64,000 nucleotides of DNA from Cycas panzhihuaensis (taxonomy: Eukaryota; Plantae; Cycadophyta), in assembly GCA_023213395.1 (NCBI GenBank), contig CM041465.1, forward strand, positions 149,489,741 through 149,553,740, written 5' to 3'. The notes under the pieces are model-generated. The model had not been told where the DNA came from. It saw only the letters and a list, made by a program, of their open reading frames with translations, and searched no databases. A program made the position numbers and the translations under genes. How positions within the stretch are numbered: the stretch's first letter is position 1; each line of letters opens with the position of its first letter. This document shows, in pieces, positions 14,699-28,055 of the stretch.

Positions 14699-17600
14699 GT
14701 CTTGCTCCTTTTCATATATAGATTTGGGTCCAAATCTGAAACAACAAATTCTTCATGCTTCAACTTGGCACCAATCTTCTCATACCAAGCACGAGGTACT
14801 TGTTTTAAACCATAGAGTGATTTCTTTAATTAGCACACAAGATTCTTATGGCCTTTCTTAATGAATCTCAGAGGTTGTGATATGTAAATCTTCTCCTTTA
14901 GATCTCCATTAAGAAATGTGGACTTAATGTCCAACTGATGTAACTCCCCACCATATGTAATTACTAAGGAAATGATCAAATAAACCATGGTTTATCTTGG
15001 AGACTAGTACAAATGTCTCATTATAATTAATTCATTCCTTTTGTTTAAACCCTTAAGTGTTAAGCCTAGTCTTATACTTGTCCACCTCTCCATTGGAGTG
15101 GAACTTAGCCTTGTAGACCCACTTACATCTAATAAGGTTTTTCTTTGGAGGGAGTAGAACCAAATCCCATGTGTCATTCTTCATGAGTGAATCATACTTC
15201 TCTTCCATTGTAGCTTTCCATCATGGATTGTCCTTTGCTTCATCATATGAAATAAGATCAATGGAGTTGTTGGTATCTACCAGTAAAGCTCGACTAACAT
15301 GCTAACTTCTTGTTCTCTTATCATTAGTAAGGGTTTGAATCACCACTTCAAAATTATCAATCATCTCCCTTTCCCATAATAGTATAGAAGGACTTGGTGC
15401 TATAGGTACTTCTTCACATGATGGCCCCTCACTATTACTTGCTCCACTCGATTTACCTTCCTTTCGAATTCTAGTGACTAGCTCATCATCCTCTTTAGTT
15501 GATGAATCCAAAAATAGTAATATGGGGTAAAAAGGTTATTCTGATGACTTATTAGCATGATACATCAATGACTCATTAAATTTAACATCTTCACTGATCA
15601 CGTTCATTTCCTCTATAGATCTCGTAGTTTATAAGCTTTGTTTTGATTTGAATATCCTCAAAAATACACTTCAAACTCTTACAATCTAGCTTCTTATGAC
15701 TTTTGTCAAGGATGTGTGTATATCCAATGCACCCAAATAATTTTTTAATGACTAATGATAGGTTTATAATCGGTCCATTTCTCATCAAGGGTCATGCTAT
15801 GAACTACTTGAGTTGGTACTTCGTTAAGAATGTAAATAACAGTCACTACAACCTCTACCTAAAACATCAATAGTAAGTTTTTTTAACGTACCATATACCT
15901 TGCCATCTCCATCATGGTATAATTTTTTTTTTCTGTAATACCATTTTGTTGTAGAGTATATGGGATAGTAAACTCTCATTTTATACTATGATCTTAGTAT
16001 AACTAATTAAATGCATGATTATGATATTCCTTGCTATTATCACTTCTTAATGTTTTAATTTTCTTATCACTTTTATTTTCAACACTCATTTTCTAATCGC
16101 TGAAGTGATTAAATACATTTGACTTATTTTTCAGGAAATACACCCACATCTTCCCGGTGTAGTCATTTATAAACACTAAATTATACTTAGCTCTTAATAT
16201 TGAAGGTTTTACGAGTGGTCCCATCATGTCTATATGTATAAGCTCAATCTTCTCCTTACCTCTCTAGGTATATAATGTTGAACAAAAGGATAGTGATAAT
16301 GCTTCTCACACATACACCCTTCACAAACACCATCTAAACATGAAATAGATGTTAATCCTTTTACCATTTTCAACCCTTTTAGTAGTGTGATGCTTCTATA
16401 ATTAAGGTGACCTAGGGAATCATTCCACAAAGTACTAACACCATTTGTAATGGCAACAAAAGTAAAGGACTTCTTTTGGGATTGAAACTTTTTAAACACC
16501 CAAAAATTATCTCTAACTTTCCTAGTAGTAATGATAGAGAAATTTTGCTTAGGATTCTTAATAAGACATCTATCATTATAAAGCTCTATCTTCATTCCTT
16601 GTTTATAGATTTCTTAGGCTAAAAGTAAATTCAACTGCATCTTGGATATATAATAGACTTCTATAAACTTACCACTTACCAAGGAAACATTGCCAACACC
16701 TTCCATTGGTAACACACGAGCATCTCCAAGGATAATATTAGCACCACTATGATCTGCACTCCATGCATTAAAGTTACGTTCTTGGAAAGAGATGTACTTC
16801 TGCACTCTAGAGTCCAATATCTAATAGTCTCTCCAATTAGATTTGATTGGCAAAGCTGACACTCTAACATAATGTGTTGCTACACTCTTCTCTTTATCAT
16901 CTTGGCTAACTTTGCATTTGTCCTATCTCTTAAACTAATAATTCTTTTCTTTATGGCTTTCCTTCTTGTAGTAGTTATATTTATTAGTTAATTTCTGCTT
17001 CTCTTGAGACTCTTCCCTAGACCTTTGTGTGAAGTTTTCCTCCTAAATGGCCTCTCTCCTTTGTGTCTTCATGACTAAGGCCTGACTTGACTTGGAACCT
17101 CCAAGCATCCCATGATGTTTTAACTTGGCATCCTCTATTAGAATAAGATTCTCTATGCCATCAAATTACTCAGTCTCTATCATCTCATCTCTACTATATA
17201 TGGTCTGGCTTATTTTTCAAGTCAGTGACTTTATTTAGGTAGGCACTAATGTTAGTCTCATCTTCTACTATAGAGTTGAGAAGCTCTAACATTAAAACTA
17301 AACGTTTATTCATCTTCTTCTTCTTAAAAGTTTCACACAACTTTACTCAAATTTTGTCTAGTTAATCAAGGTTATGAATTAAAGCTTTCTGGTCCAATGC
17401 TAGTGATAATTTTAACAATCTGATAATCATAAACTGCTTCTCTTAAAATCATATACATTCTTTATGGTTAAGAAAGATTGCATCTACTTTTTCCTTAGTA
17501 ATCAACCAAAGTTGATTCACCATCAGTATTAACTCTATTCTAGCTTTCTACTCATCAAAATTGTTGCCATTAAAGATAAGTTTGGGTATCACATAATTGA

Positions 17601-18955
17601 TTTAGAGAAATGGGCTTCAAATAACAAGGTAATATCACTAGACTACTAAATTTATAGTATTTCAAATAATACCTATGTCACTGTGATAACTTCCTTCTCA
17701 GACACACTCACTAGGGAACATCGAATAATGATTATGCATGCCGAGGCACCCTACCAATTATCTGCCTCTCACCAACAGGCTTTAAAAAAGTCCTTAAAAA
17801 GCTCAAAAAAATGGTTTAAAATGACTCAAGATGGCTTAGAATATGCTCCAAATAGAAGAAATTACTTCACAATGATGGGTATATGGACCTCCAAGTTAGA
17901 TCCACTTAATAAATGGGTAAAAAATGATCACATAAGACTTCACAAAGCTTCACAATACTTCACAAATGAATAATATGAAATGTCAATGGTATAAAGGCTT
18001 TTCATAATGTCACTTTATGTGAGGAATATGCCAAAAGATATATTCTTGAGAGTTACGACTTTTTACTTTAGTTGCATGCCTTATGACTTATCCCGTGTGT
18101 TAAAAACCAAATGGCACATGTTTATTTTGATTGACTAAGGTTAACATATATAAAATATATCAAACAAAAGGTTGTTTAATATGACATCTATCTTTGAAGT
18201 CTATTTATGTAGTGTGGCTGCTACATGACCTATGTTGATCAATCGACTGAGTGTCAAACACAGTTCAAAATATCTTACAACTAGTAAAAATTATCTTGCA
18301 CAAACCAACAAACACACAAGAATGTATTTGACTTATTCAAACCACTATTTTCATGTCTGGTTGTAAATAAGAGGCTACACACTTACACAAAGACATCTAC
18401 CATTCAATACTTGACCAAGCACATCAACAAATCATAGCTATAACCATCAATGTTACCTAACACTTATATTAAGAGCATAAAACCACCTTTACAAATCCTA
18501 ATCTTGCCCTCATATGAGATATATGGTTTTTTTTAATGTTAATAGTTATATTTATATTAAATTTAGTGGTGCTTTGTTAAGAACAAGGTTGACTTACTTG
18601 TATGATGCTTTGGCTTCCCTCACCATCATTGAGTCTCCATCAAAACATGCCCCCCTGGCCTTAAACAGTGTCACAGTTCACCAAGCAACTTTACATGACC
18701 CCCAATGAGCTGACTCACTCTATGAATATAGATTACACATATGAATTTTGACCCCAATACTGCCTTAACCTTGTTGATAGGTGAATTTCACCTCCTTAAC
18801 TACCCTTGACCACTATGCCTACTCCTATAAGTTATTGGAGAATATAAGTACTCAAAACACTCTTGGGTTTTGACTACATCACCTAGCAACCAACAATCTC
18901 ATCACTCCATTCAACTCGAGCCTGAGTTGTGTAGGACACTACAATTCTGATACCA

Positions 18956-19301
18956 TATTAAGAAACATGAATGAACTAATATATATTTACATCTATAGAA
19001 TCTTTTACCATATATAACAAGCAAACAAGATAAATACAGAAAATAATTGCACATTACATGGAATTTACATGGGAAACCCTTTCGAGAAAAAACCCACCAC
19101 AAAGATCTATTGATCACATTGATTGCTACTTGATTGGTATGAACATGTAAGGGCTCTAAGATTTTCTAAATCCATCCAGGAGGTGTCAACCAACAAGGGT
19201 TGTGACCCTTCATATAACTCGCACCATTTGATTGATCACATTTAGTTAAACCATCATATTAACATTAACTAATGGTTTAACAAACAACTACCATATTAAC
19301 A
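18956..19301 (-). repeat. 5' LTR of Copia
   Basis: Direct repeat of 9349-9693, adjacent to the PBS. Confidence 0.9.
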
Positions 19302-21977
19302 CATACATTGAATCCCTTAATACATCTCTAAAGCTACCCACATACATACATCTACTAAAAAAGTCTTTTCTCAAAACCCAATAGATTCTTTAACACAATT
19401 TTTTTTTTTTTTTTTTTAACTCCTTATCATCATATTTATTAACCAACATATAACAATGAATTGTCGTAATGAGAAAATGAAAGGAAAGATGGGTTTGTAT
19501 ATATTTACTTTCAAAAGGAAACCACTAATAACACGTCTCTAACACTAAATAAGTTAGAATTTCTTTATTATTACATATGTCAAGGTGACTCCAACATTAT
19601 CATAACTATTACACTAAACCCAACCACTTCACATAATACACTATGATAGAGGAAATGAAATATGGCACGCTTATATATTTAAAGCCATATCCATTACCTC
19701 TATCTTAACTAGTACCACAACCTTCGTATCCCCTTGGGTGACTTAATTATGTAACTCCTTTCTATTATACACATATAGAGGTTGTAATGTATGTCTACAA
19801 TGCACAAGAGAAAAACAACATGATGAAAATGAAAAATAGGAATTAAATCCAACTCATTTCATCAAATCGAGGAAAGCACAATATATAAGAGAGAATGTTG
19901 TGTCCCTAATCCTACCCTCAACTAATGATCGACCTACCCTCCCTAATGATTAATCATTAACTTAATCATGTTCTCATTAATGTATTTGAATGAATGGTTA
20001 GTTTATGATTGCTATATAGAAATATGTCCTTCATATAATCACTTTTTCAAAGATTACCTTCATGATCTGAATTCTGAAGTTATCCATCCCTTAAAGGAAC
20101 AAGTAATTACAAATTATTTTCTCATCATTCAATCTCTATGAACGAGTCTTTAAATAAATTATAGGCATTGCTAAGTAAGTAACTCACCAAATATGAATGT
20201 AGAAAACTCTCCTAAATTATCGTAAAATATACACACAACTCATTCTATTTTATATTCGCTCATTATCAAATCTTCATGCATATATTATAAATGTTATATT
20301 ATCTTTTATTCATCTCCTACTAATGTTTAGGTTGCAAACTATCTTTTCTAAGAATGTTGTTTTGAATTCATTACTCACCATGTCCTTTGTCCTCTTCCCA
20401 CCAATTATAAGAGTTCTCTAATTATCCTAAGTCTCCCTTAGGGAGAATCTTGGAGAGCCTCCTCATCATGTGCCATACCTTTGTTAGTTAGCCTATTTGA
20501 TAACATTAATAATTGAGATAATTTTTCTCAAGGATGGAATTAACTCATTTCTCAATGGTTACATTTGAGAATGCAAGAGATCCACTACTAATATGTTGTA
20601 CCTTATCATAAGAATATGTAAAATAAAAAAGCAACATGGCATCTATGAAGTTTGATAGTTTAAGGTTAAAGATTGTCCATCTTTGAGAGTTGTCGGTGCA
20701 AGCCAACTTATCAATATTATAAGAGAACTAAAAACATGTTGAAACAACTCTCTATTATTTAGAAAATGATACTATAATTATATCACACTGTAGAAAAATA
20801 TTTATACAAATACAATACTACCATAATGATTGCAATTCAAGTAGTCGGTAGCACCTACCCAATTCGTGGCCTTTGCTTGTCCCTATAACTTTAAGCGAAA
20901 GAGTCCTATATTAAACAACAATACCATAATAGTGACCTCTTTCCCATCACCCAATCCTGATTCTACATTGTACCACAATTTCAAATAGATCCCTCCTTTT
21001 TTTTAATTTTTTAAATAGTAAAGGATTTTTACGCCGACAATATTTTATTTATTTTCCGACCATAACACAATCCTCAAGAGTAAGAATAATGGGAGACCTT
21101 TTTTTTTAGGTGGGCGACTGTCCAGCAGATTCCACGAGTACCGGTTGCAGAGTTGGAGTCGTCCAATCCCCGCAATCTGATGGAGGCTGCCGTCCTAACA
21201 AAATCAGTTTTGGATTGTTCAATAATTGCATTTGTTAGAGAGGAGACATCCCCGCTCGTTATCTGCTTGACGTCATCTATGCGGTGCGGGGTTCCCTTCA
21301 GTGTGAAGGGCTCTTTGGAATGTAGATCTCACCGTTATTTGTATGATTGATTGAAACGAATGATGCTTCGTTGCTGAGTTTACAGACGGTACCATTTTTT
21401 ACAGCAGGCCCTTAAGATTCTTTGGGCGGCAAACAGTTTGTAGTGCTTGAATGCGGGTAAAATGGCGTGCGAAGCAACACCTTTCCTTCAGAGAATGTGG
21501 AAGAGCCACCGACTAATTGTAGGTGAATGGCCAATTTTCCAATCCACTAATGGCATTAGTGAGGGCCTGCAGCCAGCTGCGTAGGGGGTCCATAAACCCT
21601 ACTTGCAGATAGCGGGCTCCAGGAATTTTCTGTACTCTGCATTAATTGCAGTGCCCATCGACAGGCAATCACCAACTGCAAAGAAGATGATCCGGAACAA
21701 TCAAAATTAAAATGCCAAGTCCTGCCAACATGGCCATGATTTGTAGGATGCAGAGCTCCACGTAAGCCTTCCTGCAGGGGTACGATCATGGGTTAGATGG
21801 CGTTCAAGTGAGATAGGGAGCATTTAAGAAACGGGACCCGCAGATTCTGATCTCTGATCAGAGTCCCTGCCGAAACCGCAAAATGATTGAATGTTCTCGT
21901 ACCGGGGTCCACGTATTCTGCGGCCAAACAAGTGATTCATTTCAATTATTTTTCCCCGGTTCTTGCTGGCGCCTGCC

Positions 21978-21983
21978 TATAAA
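21978..21983 (+). promoter_or_regulatory. Probable TATA box of the EXORDIUM-like gene
   Basis: cctTATAAAggg-type site (TATAAA) in GC-rich context ~235 bp upstream of the ATG; upstream ACGT-core motifs at ~21268 (tgacgtca), ~21758 and ~21909 (ccacgta). Confidence 0.6.
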
Positions 21984-22083
21984 GGGTTCCCAGAATCCTT
22001 CCCATGAGCACAGGCTTGAGCATTTCAGGTTCCTATGTTCTAATTGAGCCGATCGGCGGTTGCTGAGACTCGTTCTACGCTAG

Positions 22084-22175
22084 GTGACAGCTGCTGCCGC
22101 TGCTTTCCTGCACTCTTTTGGAAGTGGTTCCTTGCTGTTGGTCTTTGTGTATATTGTTTTCCCCATCCATTTTAG
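22084..22175 (+). other. Possible 92-nt 5'UTR intron of the EXORDIUM-like gene
   Basis: AG|GTGACA donor, T-rich interior, ccatccattttAG|G acceptor 41 nt upstream of the ATG. Confidence 0.45.
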
Positions 22176-22216
22176 GCAGAAGATAACACCTTCTGACCCC
22201 AATTAAGCGGCCCAAC

Positions 22217-23215
22217 ATGGGGAATCAAATTGGGGTAGGGAATTGTCTACTGGGTTTTCTTCTAATCTGCTGTCTTGCACGAGTCTCGGTGGCTAGTTTA
22301 GAAGCACATGTGTTCCACCATGGCAGGAGGCTGTCTGCACTGGTCCAAGCCACGCCTTTGGTCCTGCAATATCACAAAGGACCCCTTCTTACCGGGCCCA
22401 GTAGCATCGATGTCTACATTCTCTGGTATGGGAAATTTAGCCTTGCTCAGAAGGCGCCCATCTCTGATTTCTTTGCATCTCTTCAAGCGGCCAATTTGGG
22501 CCGGCAAAGCTCCCCTTCTGTGAGCAGTTGGTGGGCAACGCTGCAAGGCTATAAAGATGTATCCAAAGCCAGTATTGCTGGTTCAGTGAGGATTGCAAAG
22601 CAGGCCTCGGATGCATCCTACTCGCTGGGAAAGACACTGAAAAGGAGCCACATACCAATTCTGGTGGGAAGCGCAGTGGCAAAGAGGCTTCTTCCTATAG
22701 ACTCCAAGGGAATTTACCTGGTTTTGACTGCAGATGATGTCTCTGTGGAAAGATTCTGCATGAACTCTTGCGGGTTCCATGATTCTGTGAGCCTTTCTAA
22801 CAGGACAAAGGTGCTGTTAGGTTGGGTGGGTAACTCTGGTATTCAATGCCCTGGCCAATGCGCATGGCCTTTTGCGGCACCTCTGTATGGGCCTCCCACC
22901 CCGCCTCTGCTTCCGCCCAATGGAGATATTGGGATTGACGGAATGATCATCAATATTGCAACAATCTTGGCAGGCACTGTTTCCAATCCTTTCAATACTG
23001 GATATTACCAAGGCGATGCTCTAGCACCACTTGAAGCTGTGACGGCTTGTACTGGCATCTTTGGCAAGGGTGCTTATTCCGGCTACCCTGGAGACCTCCT
23101 GACTGATAAAGGGACTAAGGCAAGCTACAATGCCTATGGTGTTAACGGAAGGACTTTCCTTCTGCCTGCTATATGGAATCCATCTACCCTCTCCTGCAAG
23201 ACCACTCTTTCTTGA
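22217..23215 (+). CDS. EXL: EXORDIUM / EXORDIUM-like (PHOSPHATE-INDUCED-1, Phi_1 domain) secreted apoplastic protein, 332 aa, intronless CDS
   Basis: Intact ORF with a hydrophobic signal peptide and family motifs LQYHKGPLL, ILWYGKF, PSVSSWW, FCMNSCGFH, WVGNS..QCPGQCAWPF, PPNGDIGIDGM, NPF..GYYQG..APLEA..AC.G.FG.GAY.GYPG, FLLPAIWNP. The exact paralogue cannot be assigned by eye. Confidence 0.97.
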   Translation: MGNQIGVGNCLLGFLLICCLARVSVASLEAHVFHHGRRLSALVQATPLVLQYHKGPLLTGPSSIDVYILWYGKFSLAQKAPISDFFASLQAANLGRQSSPSVSSWWATLQGYKDVSKASIAGSVRIAKQASDASYSLGKTLKRSHIPILVGSAVAKRLLPIDSKGIYLVLTADDVSVERFCMNSCGFHDSVSLSNRTKVLLGWVGNSGIQCPGQCAWPFAAPLYGPPTPPLLPPNGDIGIDGMIINIATILAGTVSNPFNTGYYQGDALAPLEAVTACTGIFGKGAYSGYPGDLLTDKGTKASYNAYGVNGRTFLLPAIWNPSTLSCKTTLS

Positions 23216-25439
23216 TTCCACTGTGAATTGGAGCTTCCGTCACACGCAATGCATAACTGAAGACGAAGATAGCCTTATTATTAGGACTGAAAGAACTCTG
23301 TAATGTACTAAAATGATGTGATTAACTTGTATTTCTCGTCTGAATAGACATGTAAGCTAGATAGCCCATCCAATATAGAAGTTGTTTTGCTGTAAGTACC
23401 GTGTTGTTCTTCCATGCTTGCATAGTTCGCTTACTCCATCTGAACGGAATATTTTGGATTGCCTCACGGTCTGTGTTACAAGACAATAAAACAACCTCAA
23501 TAAATTAATTTGTTGGAATTAACTGCGACATGCTATGAAACCAAGAAATTCACATTATAATTTTGAATGTGGTAGCAAGATATTTTATCCATCAAAAAGA
23601 ACTAATCCTTGTGATTTAAAGGAATTTGGACTTCCACAGAATTTACGACCAGCCTCTAGGGATTCCTATTCTGCTATTATGCCACAACGAGATTTCGCAT
23701 ACCACTAGAGAATATGCACTGCTCGATTGAAGGAAGAACAAAGCATGCGGAAATCTAGAGGCTGTATTATAACGAGAACAGCCATATCACTTGAATTGAA
23801 CCTTCGCTGTATACATATCATGGAGTACATAACATGCACTTCAGAGGACATATGCTGTCAAGTTTCCACCCCCCACAGAAATCAAAGACTTACCAAGAGC
23901 CAAAGCCCAAGCAAGGTGGATAATAAATTAAAAAGGCAAATATCTCTTATAAGCAGAACGATTAAGAAATTCCCGGAATTCTTCATATTATCGCACCACT
24001 TCAGTAATTGTTCCTGCTCTTGTCCAATGAGATTATATTTGTAATAGGGGCTCGTTGAAGCAGAATTATTTTCTATTGTATTAAGAATTCTCTGAACGAG
24101 AACCAATTTTTGGGCATAGTTGGGAGATCCTTAAAAGTTTAAACATTCGATATGGGGAGGTAAACATCTTCTTTTTTTCTCCATGCAATTACACAATGGT
24201 TCCTCTGATAATATCTACATTCGAGGGAATTAACACAACCAAGTGATCTCGCACATTGAGAATTGCCTGAGTACAGTGAGCTTGAATTTGTTTACAATGC
24301 ATATTGATGAAATCCATATTCCAACTAATTTTAACTACACAGTCCTCAAATTTAGCCCCAAACATTCCATGGACTTGTTTATGAAAGGACTAGGGTTTAT
24401 GCCGTATAAACGCAGATGCACCCTACAAAACCGCGGCTTAAATGCATCTGGCAGCGCACAAAGCTTGGTCTGGAGTTAAACCAGTTTTCATTTAATTTAT
24501 TAATTAGACTTTACAACATTCAACACGGAGATCAATGTCACCCTTTCAATTCGCTCGTATATCCATTTTCTTTTTCCCCTACTTTTTTATCCTTTTTTGG
24601 GAAATCGATGTAAATCATATCGTATGACATAAACACAATAATCACATGGTACGAATTTGTAGCCTGTATCTATTCTTACATTCATTTATCTTTTACACAT
24701 ATGGGTCTTGTTGTGGTTGGAAAGTTTCACATTTATGACTCTACAAGGGCCATTCATTTTGGTGGTATTTCGGTAACCAAGGAAAAGGGGCACTGTTTGG
24801 ACTAAAAGGACACATAAAAATGGCTCGTACTAAGAGTCGAGATCGTTCTTTGTGGGGTCGAAAGTAAGCAATATTAAAACAATGCTCCTAATAGACGCCA
24901 AAAGGGATAATAAAAGATCCAACCCTTATGGGCTGAAAAGGGTTAGCTTGGATGACCTATTATAGAGCCAAAAGAGGTAATAAAATTGCATAATGGGCCC
25001 CCACAAATTAATTAATGATAAAGTTATGTGTGTATCATTGTGTTGATGGCAAGTGTTGTAGTATTCTAGGATTTAACCATGTTGGTGGGTTATTGCAAAA
25101 TGACCTAATGCGCATTTGGTTTATGGTAGGTCCATTCACAAAGTAAACACAAAATTTTAATCAAAAATCAAATATTAATTAAAATAATGCTACTAATTTG
25201 GATAAACTTTACACCATAAATTTAGTTGAAATCATGATCCAAGATTATAAATTTATATAAAAGGCATATTCGCAAGCCTTTCTTCAATTAACTTTTGGTG
25301 TTGGCTATAGCTAAGGGTGCTACCCTTTGAAACCCATCAATGTGTTTTTCCATAACCCACAAGTGGTGTTGTCCCTAAGACCCCACTAGGGGTGTTATCC
25401 CTTACAACCTTATTGGGTCATTATTCTAACTCTATAACA

Positions 25440-26740
25440 TTCATAAGGGACATGATATATATAATAATGAATGGGTAACCCCCATTTATAGATCTATGGG
25501 GGCCAAGCAAGTTGATTTCAAATTAATACATCAATGAATCAAAGGCATGCTAATGTCTAAAAAGTGATACAAGTTCATCATAAAAGTGGGAAAAACCATA
25601 ATAACACATCCTCCCCTAATTCGTCTTTTTTCCATGGAATCATTATCTCCCTTCCATTATTCTTGGACACCCATCAACATATTTCACCACCTCAACCCCA
25701 AATCCATGCAATGATCCTTAAGTCATTGCCAAAGACCCCCCATGATCAGTGAAGGTGTCATAGGAGTATTTTTTATTAGCATCTAGTTCTAAATTATCAT
25801 CTAAGCACTAATTTAAACTGCTTCTACCTTACACTAATCATCTTTTTGTTGTTCTACTTTTCATTCATTCATAACATTGGGCATGCCCACTTATCTGTGG
25901 GTATTATGGAGGGGGATTTCTTAAATTGCATCAACAGCCACAACTTAAAATTTTTAGGAGCTTTGGAAATAACAAGGGAAGGCAATCCCATGAAGCTCTT
26001 GAGTTTTCTCAACATTTTTTTTTTAGAACCTTACAATTCTCCTCTAAATTTGCCTTAATATTTTTAATAATCAAAATATTTATAAACTAAATTGATGAGA
26101 ACATAAAATTTAAAGTTTTGGCTATCGCATGTCCTCATTATCCCCTAAGTAGTCGCCATTTATACCCCGTCTCCTCCTTTGGAAGTTGTTGGAAAGGCCA
26201 TAGTTAAGTAGTGTCACTCCCAATATTTCCAAAGAAGACTCAATTACATTTTACCAACATTCTTATTTCCTCTACATGAGATTAGATTTTCTAAGAAAAT
26301 ATAAGTGCAAACCTCTCCATAAGTTTGTGTAGTTATTAAGTCTAAAATATTATATATTTTTCAAATTAGTGGGGCTTGCTTCTATCCTCATGTTTGTGTC
26401 ATGTAGGTTTGCATTTGTTTTTAGCTCCTTTCTATCTATACTCAAGTAGTAGTGGTAGTGGTATTGACAAATCTAGATGCTCTAATTATTATAATTGGTA
26501 GAGCATTTTAGCTCACTCCACTTTGTTTTGAACCTTCATCCTCTAAGAGATAATCTATTATAATTTTAATTTATATGCTTCATAAGGGGCATGATATACA
26601 ATATAATCGATGGGTAATCCTACTTAAGAGACTCAAAGGGGTTAAGCAAGTTACTTATAAGTTAATACATCTATTAGTTAAGGGCATATTGATATCAAAG
26701 TATCATTATGTATTCATTATAAAATTGTAAAAGTACACAA
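25440..26740. repeat. Two diverged ~160 bp direct repeats (25440-25600 and 26579-26740) in an unidentified ancient TE remnant
   Basis: Both read ttcataaggg.catgatata.a...ataat..atgggtaa.cc.....agcaagtt.....aa.ttaatacatc. Confidence 0.7.
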
Positions 26741-27393
26741 CTACCCTATATTTTCATAGAGGGACACGTGGTAATATCTCTTAAAGTGATTATGCAATCC
26801 TTAAAGCATTTATTTATGGTTATTAGTTATATTTTCTTATAAGTGCCCCTGCCAAAAGAGGCCATTAGTTAATGATCTTCTTAACTAGCTTATGACTAAG
26901 CTAAGAAGTATTTTTATAAGAGTTCCAAGAATTTCATCACGTTTTAAAGTTTTCACGAGAAGCTCCCAACATCTCCATTATCTCCATACTGGACTGATCC
27001 TAATTTGAATGGAAAAGTAAAAACTTAGTCTAATCGAAACAAATTCAGAACAATATACAATAATGTTACATTAAATTTAAAAATATTTATATTTTCCCTT
27101 ACAAAATTCCATATTTATGTGCTCTATTGAGTATGAATAGGACTGTTACATTAATTTAAGAGAGGAGAAATGTGTGCTGAATGCATTTTGGATTGCTACA
27201 TGCTCTTTGATACCAATACCAATGATCTATGTATGAAGTTTTGGTTGTCGTTCAACCAAAAACCCTTTCTTGGAGAAGATTTCCACCTGACATCTTCTTT
27301 GGACTGCTACGACCGGTTTTCTTCTTCCTTTGGTTGTAACTAAGCCTTCTTGGGCTTCTTCAATGCCCCCACGAACAAATCTCAACACTTTTC

Positions 27394-27507
27394 CCTTACT
27401 TCTTCTATCTGTTCTTCTTGCACCTCTTTTTCCTTACTTCTTCTATCTGTTCTTCTTGCACCTCTTTTTCCTTACTTCTTCTATCTGTTCTTCTTGCACC
27501 TCTTTTT
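27394..27507. repeat. Three perfect copies of a 38 bp unit
   Basis: ccttacttcttctatctgttcttcttgcacctcttttt at 27394, 27432 and 27470. Confidence 0.97.
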
Positions 27508-27877
27508 CCTCCATTTCTCCTATGCAATCTTTAGTCTTGGAGCCGTTTTTCTTCTTTGGAGAGCTATTTTGAATTATCTCCCCATGATTCTTTCTCCTCT
27601 TGCTATGTTTACAGTTGCTGGGTATCCTTCCTCCCCCTTCTTAAAGAAATCTAGGGCATTTGAAACCCTGCCATGTATGTTTCTTTTCTAAACAATTTTC
27701 CCGTTTTAGTTTTTCAACTAACTTTTGATTGGTTGAAAAACTAACTTGAAACCATTTAATCTAGAGTTCTCTCTTTTTTATTATGTAGAGGACATGTATA
27801 AAATTGTCCTCCTAAAATTTCATATAAAACAGACTCATTTTTCCTTATCAAAATCGCGTTCATTTTTCCATTTTTCG

Positions 27878-28055
27878 GGTTGCACTTGTGGTCGCTTTAG
27901 GTTGTACTAGGTTGTACCAAGTTGCACTTGCAAACTGCTTGGTTGCACTTGCAGTCCACTTGGTTGCACTTGTAGTCTACTTGGTTGCACTTATCGACCA
28001 CTTGGTTACACTTGTAGTCCACTTGGTTACACTTGTAGCCCACTTGGTTACACTT
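27878..28055. repeat. 21 bp minisatellite (ttggttRcacttgtagtccac), ~6-7 copies with 10/11 bp sub-period
   Basis: Direct reading; explains the spurious repetitive ORF 27888-28097. Confidence 0.92.

Larger units (their letters stand above)
9349..19301 (-). mobile_element. Degenerate Ty1/Copia LTR retrotransposon, interrupted in RT by a nested element
   Basis: LTRs 9349-9693 and 18956-19301; PBS rc ttctgatacca 18945-18955; PPT rc tcctccctt at 9694. Domains: gag with eroded zinc knuckle ~16940-16980, protease WILDS ~16820, GAG-pre-integrase LW..LGHLNY (16230-16595), integrase ~15550-16230, RT (YVDD at ~10735; 14700-15200), RNase H ~9800-10280. Flanks TATAT/CATAC are compatible with a C>T-eroded TSD. 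Confidence 0.92.

Noticed and set aside
17683-17973. 96 aa plus-strand ORF in the Copia leader
   Set aside because: No motifs, GTG start, antisense within a TE UTR; likely chance.
22298-23221. Several short ORFs overlapping the EXL gene on both strands
   Set aside because: Shadow ORFs of a GC-rich coding region with no recognisable motifs.
23727-24613. Short ORFs downstream of EXL
   Set aside because: No homology motifs and no exon-like structure recognised.
27394-28055. Repeat arrays as a possible CRISPR
   Set aside because: Units are head-to-tail without unique spacers, there are no cas genes, and the context is eukaryotic.
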